DNA of 64,000 bases from a virus. Positions 8,501 through 17,400 of this stretch are shown piece by piece (the first letter of the stretch is position 1; the number at the start of each line of letters is the position of its first letter). Under the pieces are notes generated by a model that saw nothing but the letters and a program-made list of their open reading frames with translations, searched no databases and had not been told where the DNA came from. A program made the position numbers and the translations under genes. The stretch covers positions 1 through 64,000 of the IMG/VR virus record IMGVR_UViG_3300027969_000082; one strand, 5' to 3'.

Positions 8501-11344
8501 TATACTAACGGCATTACCAATTCTGGTACTATCACGTCCGATACTTTCAGTGATGGCGATATAGAAATCAGCACAAATAATATTAAAACTACTGTAGGCA
8601 GTAACAATCTTAGATTATTGGCCGCAGGCACTGGTATTATATCTGTACCAAACGATGCAGTTGAGTTTGATAATAATTTAACAGTATTAACAAATACAAA
8701 TTTAAAAAATACAGTCATTGGCACTGGCGGCCTAACTCCTGTACCTAAAGATATTTCATTAACTGGTGATTATCTACAAATTGGTGATACTTTACAAACA
8801 GGTAATAGAGGAATATCGTCTCAACTATTAGTACATAGTAATGCATACTTTCCAAATGTATCGTTAATTAATAATGTTATAAGCACTAGAATAACCGACA
8901 CTGACTTACAACTAAAAGCTGTTAGTACCGGCATCATTGATATCAATGACAATGCTAAATTTGATCAAAATTTGCGTATTAACAGCACAACTTATACCAA
9001 TGGTATAACTAATTCTGGTATTGTTGTATCTGATACATTCAGTGACGGTGATATAGAAATTAACTCAAATATTATAACAACTACTGTAGGTACTAACGAT
9101 CTTAGATTGTTGGCTGCAGGAACTGGCATTATATCTGTTCCGAATGATTCGGTCGAGTTTAATAATAACCTAACGGTCAACGGTACTACTAGCTTAACAA
9201 ATACTGTTATTGGAACTGGAGGATTAACTCCTGCACCAAAGACTCTTAACCTCACAGGGGATTATCTTCAAACTGGTAGCACACTACAAACTGGTAATAG
9301 AGGCATATCGTCTAGATTAGATGTACACAGCAATGCATACTTCGATAGTATGTCGTTTGTTAATAATGTTATAACAACGACTGACACCAACACTGATCTT
9401 TCATTAAAAGCAGCAGGTACAGGACTAGTTGTATTTGATGAGAATACTACATTTAGTCAAGGCTTATCAGCCGCTACCTTAGTTATTAACGGACTAACTA
9501 ACTCCGGAATTACCACAGCAGGAATATTGTTTGATAATGATATACAAATCAGCACAAATAATATCAAAACTACTGTTGGCAATAACAATCTTAGATTATT
9601 AGCAGCCGGAACTGGCGTCATATCTGTGCCAAATGATGCAGTTGAATTTAACAACAACCTAACTGTTAACGGCTCTACTAGTTTAAAAAATACTGTGATT
9701 GGCATTGGGGGCCTAACCCCTGTACCAAAGAATCTTAATTTAACTGGCAATTATCTACAAACAGGTAATACACTGCAAACTGGTAACAGATCAATCTCAG
9801 CCCAGCTATTAGTTCGTAGCAATGCATACTTTGACAGTATGTCGTTTGTTACAAATACAATTACTACAACTGATACCAATACTGATTTGTCATTAAAAGC
9901 GGCTGGTACAGGCCTAGTTGTATTTGACGAAGTTACTACATTTAGTCAGAGTCTAACCTCAAATACATTAGTTACTAACGGATTAACTAATTCTGGAACT
10001 ATTACTTCGGACATATTTACAGACGGTGATATAGAAATCAACGACAACTATATTACTACAACTGTGGGCAATAACGATCTTAGACTAGTCCCTAACGGTA
10101 CCGGCAAACTATCTATACCATTAGATCCTGTAGCAATTACCCAAGCGTTAACTGTACAAGACACTTCTATCTTAAAAAATGTTACAATTAATGGAGACGT
10201 AGTTCATACAGGTAACACTGTTCAAACAGGCAACGTAGTCCAAACTGGAGATTTTGATCTATCAACCAATCTAACAGTTACAGGCACTGACGCATTCTTT
10301 ACAGATGTGCGCATTATCAATAATCGCATAGCAACCTCAACAGGAAGCAATAACTTAGAGTTACGTGCTGACGGCACTGCTATTATTAAAATTGCAGACA
10401 GTGCTACTTTTGGGCAGACATTAACAGTTAATGGTATAACTACTACATCTACAATTAGTACCGTTACAGGTACAATTACTTCAGATATATTTTCAGATAG
10501 TGATATAGAAATTAATGACAATTATATCACTACCACTGTTGGTAATAACAATTTAATCTTAGCAGGTAATACTACCGGTGGCCCTAAGTTAGAAAAAATT
10601 AAATTTAACTCAAACGTTATCAGTACAGAAACTACCAATGAGGGAATTACCTTAACAGTACCAACAGGTGGCGTTACTATATCAGCAGCCACTGCCTTAA
10701 AAATTCCAGTTGGTACAACAGTAAATCGTCCAATATTAACTCAAGGCGAGTTTAGATTTAACTCAACTGACAATTTATTTAGAGGTTACAGCACTTCTAC
10801 AGTTAGCTTTGCAGGAGTATATTCTGCAGACAGAAGAACATCAGTATTGGCACATCCAACAAATAATACACTATTGTTTACTACTAATACCTTAAACAAT
10901 ATGACAGTTAGTTCAACTGGCTTAACTGTTAATTCATTAACAGTTGATAATAACTTAACATTTGCAACTAATATAATTTCTACTGCTGTTACTAATGACA
11001 GTTTATATCTAACTCCTAACGGTACCGGTAAAGTAGTAATAGATGATGTTTCTTTACGTAACAATGAAATTATCAACTCTGCTAGTGCGGCACTGGTCAT
11101 ACAAAACACTGGCAACGGTTATGTAAGATTTAACGGAACTGGTGGACTTGCACTACCAGTTGGCCCCACAGTAGTTGATACTACAGGAGTAGAACTAGGT
11201 GACCTTCGCTACAATACAGATCTAAGTATCCCAGAAATCTTTAACGGAGTTGACTATGTTGGCTTTGTTTCAGAAAACGCCGCCCTCCTTAGCGCAGCTG
11301 AAGTCCAAGAGATTACCAATCTTTGGGCCCTTGTAATCGGTTAA
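5558..11344 (+). CDS. Giant tail fibre-like protein 1 (pectin-lyase-like beta-helix plus long T/N/G repeat shaft)
   Basis: 1928 aa; WYVATNGLDSN...FATIKHAL...GDTVHIYPGTYTE beta-helix cap; repeated L.L.A.GTG units; C-terminal G.FRFN/G.LRYN modules. Confidence 0.8.
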   Translation: MANNLGRISGQLLKDNLTRNGHDLSFHAALLTGDDPVLKLNVTNRYVSINTDSTSKDLFVNSVTNTDDLISVNGLQGKSSLKVSISGNTIVSTQDLNLSAATQVNANIIDTDNIRIDGRVISTTTLNTNLDLSPAGSLEIYNDLNVTGNLWAKETAPGNGTGKIILDGNITFGSTDQSGANADTISFAADINTDINPNLNATYRLGSNTRTWDGLYTELINGEQASTLGLLSSGVNLVLRPGKIWYVATNGLDSNVGNHQSSAFATIKHALNEAQSGDTVHIYPGTYTEITPLVVKQGVTVKGTGIRSVTVQPTVPTQSNNAFLLNGETTVSDLSVKDFYAPGCAFSFAPGFTVSTRSPYVQNITVITKGSVISPTDPRGFDEGDAGGGARVDGSLATSASKEASMLFHSVTFITPGVDALVMTNGVRVEWLNSFTYFANRGMYATNGTLGLASLGVRFGAEIRSIGSANVYGNYGVEANGASTLMYLIQHNFAYIGAGKDVTNDPSSNIAANETVELASGKIYYQSLDNRGNFKVGDAFGVSFDTGLVTINGVSVSAGGVSSINFANGTAETVIDAGQVTTGNINFSGNLLTTLSGAVNLDSGTNEINLNANTSVTNNLDIIGNLSTDGTLTIGNAYIDIVRFTAPVEFALRPKTDDDFTLGGPTNKRWDKVYLDTSYIGSYKLDNATISTLPTNADIELRANSTGKIYIPTNNVRIVNNLTVNGITNFGDSALTAAATVTGTIDHTGLLDRTGDTGQTGTYNQTGYIDVSSDVQIANVTFIDNTISTVTLDSNLELGAASTGKILIPSANVKIDHNLVVTSDIHAGSVGVSTDITTDLYSNGNIEISLDLITTTLIDSDLEFRAAGTGKVYASQDSVKFDQDLTVDGITALRTTNITGTLTQYGDYLQTGNTLQTGNRGISSTLDVDINAYFDSMSFVNNVITTTDADTDLKLKAALTGIIDINDNATFDQNLRVNSTTYTNGITNSGTITSDTFSDGDIEISTNNIKTTVGSNNLRLLAAGTGIISVPNDAVEFDNNLTVLTNTNLKNTVIGTGGLTPVPKDISLTGDYLQIGDTLQTGNRGISSQLLVHSNAYFPNVSLINNVISTRITDTDLQLKAVSTGIIDINDNAKFDQNLRINSTTYTNGITNSGIVVSDTFSDGDIEINSNIITTTVGTNDLRLLAAGTGIISVPNDSVEFNNNLTVNGTTSLTNTVIGTGGLTPAPKTLNLTGDYLQTGSTLQTGNRGISSRLDVHSNAYFDSMSFVNNVITTTDTNTDLSLKAAGTGLVVFDENTTFSQGLSAATLVINGLTNSGITTAGILFDNDIQISTNNIKTTVGNNNLRLLAAGTGVISVPNDAVEFNNNLTVNGSTSLKNTVIGIGGLTPVPKNLNLTGNYLQTGNTLQTGNRSISAQLLVRSNAYFDSMSFVTNTITTTDTNTDLSLKAAGTGLVVFDEVTTFSQSLTSNTLVTNGLTNSGTITSDIFTDGDIEINDNYITTTVGNNDLRLVPNGTGKLSIPLDPVAITQALTVQDTSILKNVTINGDVVHTGNTVQTGNVVQTGDFDLSTNLTVTGTDAFFTDVRIINNRIATSTGSNNLELRADGTAIIKIADSATFGQTLTVNGITTTSTISTVTGTITSDIFSDSDIEINDNYITTTVGNNNLILAGNTTGGPKLEKIKFNSNVISTETTNEGITLTVPTGGVTISAATALKIPVGTTVNRPILTQGEFRFNSTDNLFRGYSTSTVSFAGVYSADRRTSVLAHPTNNTLLFTTNTLNNMTVSSTGLTVNSLTVDNNLTFATNIISTAVTNDSLYLTPNGTGKVVIDDVSLRNNEIINSASAALVIQNTGNGYVRFNGTGGLALPVGPTVVDTTGVELGDLRYNTDLSIPEIFNGVDYVGFVSENAALLSAAEVQEITNLWALVIG
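8100..10560 (+). repeat. Intragenic tandem repeats, about 490 bp (163-164 aa) unit
   Basis: (D/N)YLQ(T/I)G.TLQTGNR anchors at 8276, 8768, 9260 and 9749 (spacing 492/492/489); boundaries approximate. Confidence 0.85.
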
Positions 11345-11357
11345 AACCCAAACGAGC

Positions 11358-11363
11358 TAAATA
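11358..11363 (+). promoter_or_regulatory. Late promoter core TAAATA
   Basis: GCTAAATA at the start of the 119-bp intergenic region. Confidence 0.65.
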
Positions 11364-11371
11364 CAATTACT

Positions 11372-11450
11372 GTAAGAGTTGGCAAACTCCTACGATATTA
11401 AACTGTGGTAAACCCGCAATGCAAGGTGGTTAACCGTGAAACACGGGGTC
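11372..11450 (+). ncRNA. Candidate structured 5' leader RNA
   Basis: Stems GTAAGAGTT/AACTCCTAC, TGTGG/CCGCA and CCGTG-AAA-CACGG before RBS AAGGAG. Confidence 0.5.
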
Positions 11451-11463
11451 TAAAGGAGCACTC

Positions 11464-14400
11464 ATGAGCCAGCTTGGTCGTATTTCCGGTCAACTTTTAA
11501 AAGATAACCTAACCCGCAACGGCCATGACTTAACGTTTGACAAGATTGTGGATCCTGATCCACTTGTAGCTAAAGAAGGACTGCTCCACTTAGACGTTAC
11601 TAACCGTAGAGTTGGTATTAACACTGAAACCCCAGCTTACGATCTAGACGTAAACGGTACAACAAGAACAACCGATTTAGAAGTTTCACAGCAGGCAGTC
11701 ATTGCTAACGTAACAATTTCTACTGATCAAATTACCAGTGACACCGGTACATTAAATCTAACCAACGGCACTGGCGACCAAATTAATTATCAAGCTAAGT
11801 TAGTAGTTGATAACATTGAACTTGAAAATAATGTTATCTCAACTAACACAGGCGCAAATTTAGAACTACGCCCTAACGGTACAGGCTCCGTAGATATCTA
11901 TGCAGATACAAATGTATATGGTGATGTCTATGTAACAGGCAATATACGTGCTGACGGTAATATTACAGTTGGTGATGCTAATACCGATAATATTACGATC
12001 AATGCAGATGTTGCAAGTGACATTATTCCAGATGCAGATATTACATACAAATTAGGAAATGGCGGCACTGCATATAAAGAAGGCGTAGAATTTACGCTAG
12101 GTGACGTTACCGTTACAGTTAGCAGCTCCGGTACAGTTGCTACTTTATCAATTCCAGCAGCTGGACCAGCTTGGGTAGATACGTTGACAGGTAATGTTAT
12201 TGGAAAATCTTATCAGCTAGCGATTGATGGTACACCTGGAAGCTACTCAGTAAACACTGTCGGGGCATGGTCTGGAACAAATCCACAAACTGTATCAATT
12301 ACCAATGATGGGTTATTAGACGGCACCTATAATGTTAGCTCGATTAGATTTGATCAAAAGCGTTGGTTAGATGTATGGGTTAATAATTTATACGCTGATG
12401 CTATCGTAACTGGCGATATTACTGTTGATAGTATTAATCTAAATTCTGTACAAGGTAAGATTTACTACGTTGCTACTAACGGCTCAGACTCTAATGCTGG
12501 CCAACATCAAAACGATCCGTTTGCTTCAGTCAACCATGCCTTAAGTGTAGCAGCTAGCGAAGATACTGTTTACATTTATCCAGGAACATATACTGAACAA
12601 TTTCCCCTAACTGTTCCGGTAGGAGTAAGTGTTAAAGGCTCAGGCCTCCGCTCAGTAAAGATTATTCCAACAAATGCAACTCGTTATAACGATGCATTTT
12701 TACTCAATGGCGAAACAACTGTTGAAGATGTAACTGTTGCAGATTTCTTTAGCGGCGGAAATTATTTTGCAGTTACTACAGCAGGCATTGGCGAAGCTTC
12801 ATTAAATGTTGGTACTGCCCCATTTGCACACACATGGGTAAGTGGCGGAACTATCAATATATCTGGTACAGATTATAGTATTGTTGCCGCAGTCTACTCA
12901 CACACTACTGGAATATTAACAGTAAACCACACAGGGCCAGACGCAACCAGTGCAAGTCCTGTCTTCCTATCTGGACTAATATTCAGCTGCAATGGCGGCA
13001 ATAGAACATTTCCAGACAACGGTTACGCATTCCGTTTTGCAACGGATTTTGTAGTTACAAGTCGCAGTCCGTATGTTAGAAATATCACTGTCTTAACCAA
13101 AGGTAGTGTAACTAGTTTATCAGATCCTCTAGGCTACAATGAAGGCGATGCAGGTAAAGGTGCTTATATTGACGGTGCGTATGCAACAGCCGTAAGCAAA
13201 GAAGCATCAATGTTGTTCCACAGTGCGACATTCATATGTCCGGGTGTTGATATAGTTGTTGCTACAAACGGTGCTCGAGTAGAATGGTTAAACTCATTTA
13301 CCTACTATGCAAATCGCAGCATGTATCTGTACAGTAGTGCAGACGGATTTGCAGGTGACGGTAAAACACGAATTAAGATTACTACTAAGACAGGTACTTG
13401 GGCTGTCGGCAACACACTAAGCTATTATGATACTGACGGAACTACAGTATTAGCCCAAGGTGTTATTGAAAGTATTGATGGTGATTTTTACAATATTGAT
13501 ACTCGTGTATTAGGATTTGAACAAATACAAGACCGTGCTGGTAAAACTATTACTGTACACGGTAATGCAAAGTTATCCACGGCAGTTAAGAAATTTGGCA
13601 CTGCGAGTTTAGCCTTAGACGGCACTGGAGATTATCTTTCAGTAGCAACACAACCAGACTTTGCCTTTCCATCAACTATACCAAGACTGGCTAAGACAAT
13701 TACAGTCAACGGCAACGCCGCAGTCAGTGCAACACAAAGCAAGTTTGGCGGAAGCAGTATTGCATTCGACGGCACAGGTGACTACCTAAGCATTGCTTCA
13801 GATACAGATTATGGATTTGGCACAGGCAATTTTACTATTGAAGGTTGGTTCTATAAAACAGCAGTATCTACACAATACTTGTTTGATACAAGAACAACCC
13901 TAAATGAAAACTCTGTTGCTGTTCAGTCTAACGGTGCAGGAAGTTTAAGATTATTTGTAAATGGGTCATTTGTATTAACAAGTAGTAATGCTCATACTAA
14001 CAATGCTTGGAATCATCTTGCTATCTGTCGTGCTAGCGGTGTAACAAGATTCTTTATAAATGGTGTGGTATCTACCGCTACCTACACTGACACAACCAAC
14101 TACGGCACTACAAAGCCGTTAGTAGTCGGCTCTCAATACAATGGAACAACAGCATTTGCTGGTTATATCGATGACTTTAGAATAAGCAATACCGCAAGAT
14201 ACACTGCAACATTTACTCCCACTACCACTGCATTTGTTAATGACTTTAATACTAAATTATTAATACACGGCGATTCAACTATTGTCGACGATGCAGGTGG
14301 TGGAACAGCAACTGACTTTACTATCGAAGGCTGGATTTATCCAACAGCTGGCAGCGCATATCAAACAATATTTGATTTTAGATCAGCTGGTATTGAAAAA

Positions 14401-17400
14401 GCAATTTTTCTAGGCATTAATACCAGCAATCAAGTTTACCTGTATGTGAACGGTGTTATAACTATTACTACCGCCGCAACTGTATCGTTATCTGCTTGGA
14501 CCCATGTAGCCTTGGTTAGAAGTAACACTTTAACAAAGATATATTTAAATGGAACACAGTCAGGCTCTTCATGGGCAGACATAACTGACTACGGCACAAC
14601 TAAACCATTACGTATAGGTGCTGACTGGAGTGCAGCATACGGATTTACTGGTTATATTGACGATGTAAAAGTTAGCAAGGGTGTAGCACGTTATACCGCA
14701 ACATTCCCAGTACCAACGGCACAGCTAACAGGCGACCTAAGTACAGTATTATTGATCACTTGTAACGGCCTAAACAACAGTACAGCCATCGCAGACAATG
14801 GCATTACTCTACAAGATCTAAGAACATCAGCAGGCGGTACTGCCAGCATTATTGACTTTGCTGACTACTCAGACTTTGGCGTTGAATTACGCTCAATTGG
14901 TTCAGCTGCTGTTTACGGAAACTATGGTATCTATGGTGACGGTGCTGGTGTTATTGCCTACCTAATTGGACAAAACTTAGCCTACATCGGCAACGGTAAA
15001 GAGACTACTAACGATCCTAATACAGTTATACAGGCTAATGAAGTTGTTGAACTTAATGATGCTAAGATTTTCTACAACAGCGTGGACCACAAAGGTGATT
15101 TCCGTATTGGAGATTTATTCTACGTTAATCAAGCCACAGGCGAAGTTAGCTTTACAAACTCAAATGTTACAATTGGCACAAGCCTAACGTTTGATGACGG
15201 TGGCGGCAACATTACTTACCTCGACGCTACGAAGATTGAAACTGGTGATTTTAGAATCAGCGGCAATACTGTTCAAACATTAAGTCAAGACTTTAATGTT
15301 GACTCTGCTACTAATCAAATTAACCTACAGAGTAACGTAACAGTTACTGGCAATTTAGATGTAACCGGCGACGTAACAGTTGGGGGCAATGTTACAATTG
15401 GTAACGAATCAACTGACGTTGTACGTTTTGTTGCAGGTGTTGACAGTGACATTTTACCCAAATTAGACAGCACATACGATCTAGGTACTAGTACAGAACG
15501 TTGGAGCACACTATATTCTACAACATTAATCAATGCTAAAGTTCAAATTAGTACCAATGTTATTACAACTACTGACTCTAATTTAGACTTAACTCTACAG
15601 GCTAATGGCACTGGAAGAATTTACATTCCTAGTAATAATATTGAGATTACTAATAATCTAACAGTAAATGGTACAACTGATGTACAAGATTTAAATGTCA
15701 CAGGAACACTAACACACATTGGTGATGTAACACAAACTGGTAATGTAACACAAACTGGTGATATTACCTTAACAGGCACATTCACTACTACCGGTTACGG
15801 ACAGTTTGCTGACATTAAAATTGATAATAATAACATCAGTACAACTATTGGTACTCATGATCTTATACTTGACGCAGCAGGTACAGGCAAAATTTATGTT
15901 CCAGATAGCGATGTTGAAATAACACAAGACCTTACAGTAACCGGGTATATTGATGTCGGGTCGTTGAATGTAGATACTAGTATAAGCTCGTTAACATTAA
16001 CTGCCGGCGACATTAAGATACAAAGCAATTATATTACTACACTTACCGGTAATAATAATTTAGAATTACGGGCAAACGGTAGTGGATTAATTTATGTTCC
16101 ATCAAACAACGTACAGATTGACAACAATCTAACAGTACTAGGAACTACTAATTTAAAAACTACCAATATTGGTGTTGTAGGAACTCCTGCAACAGTTACT
16201 CATGTTGGTGCAGTAACGCAGACTGGTGATTTAACACAAACAGGTAGCACTGAAATTACAGGCACATTAACTGTAGGCTCTACTGCACAATTCCAAGACA
16301 TTAAGATTGACACTAATATTATCACAACAACTGTTGGTAATAATAATTTAGTATTGAGTGCTGCTGGCACTGGAAGAATCTATGTCCCTACTAATGATGT
16401 AACTATTGAAAACACATTGACTGTAGTAGGAACCACAACTACTAGTACTATTAGTAACACCGGTACAGTAACTTCTGGCACATTTAATACTAGCAATGTT
16501 TCCATAACTAGCAACAACATAACAAGTAGAACTGGTAATAGCAATCTTGTACTTGAAGCAGCTGGTACTGGTAAAATTTATGTACCGAGTAACGATGTAC
16601 AATTAGATCAAAACTTAACTGTTAACGGAACTACCTATCTAAAAGACACGACCGTTGTTGGCACAGTAACGCACACTGGTGCTGTAAATCAAACTGGCAA
16701 TTTAACACAAACTGGTAGTACTGAAATCACAGGAACTCTAACAGTTGGTTCTACAGCACAGTTCCAAGATATTAAGATCGATACTAACACTATCACAACT
16801 ACCGTTGGTAATAATAATTTAGTATTATCAGCCGCAGGTACTGGTAGAATTTATGTTCCTACAAACGATGTTACTATTGAAAACACATTAACCGTTGTAG
16901 GAACTACTACAACTAGTACAATTAGCAATACTGGCACTGTTACATCAGGTACATTTAATACTAGTAATGTTTCTATAACCAGCAACAACATAACAAGTAG
17001 AACTGGCAATAGTAACCTTGTACTTGAAGCTGCTGGCACTGGTAAAATTTATGTACCAAGTAACGATGTACAATTAGATCAAAATTTAACAGTTAACGGC
17101 TCAACATATCTAAAAGATACAACCGTTGTCGGTACTGTTACGCAAACTGGCGCAGTTACACAAACTGGTAACTTAACTCAAACTGGTAGCACAGAAATAA
17201 CTGGCACGCTAACAGTTGGATCTACAGCACAGTTCCAAGATATTAAGATTGATACTAATATTATCACAACTACCATTGGCAACAATAATTTAACATTAAA
17301 AGCCAACGGTACTGGTATAGTTATAATTCCGGACGATGATGTTAGCATAACACAAACGTTGACAGTTACCGGTACCACTAGTACCACAACTATTAACAAT

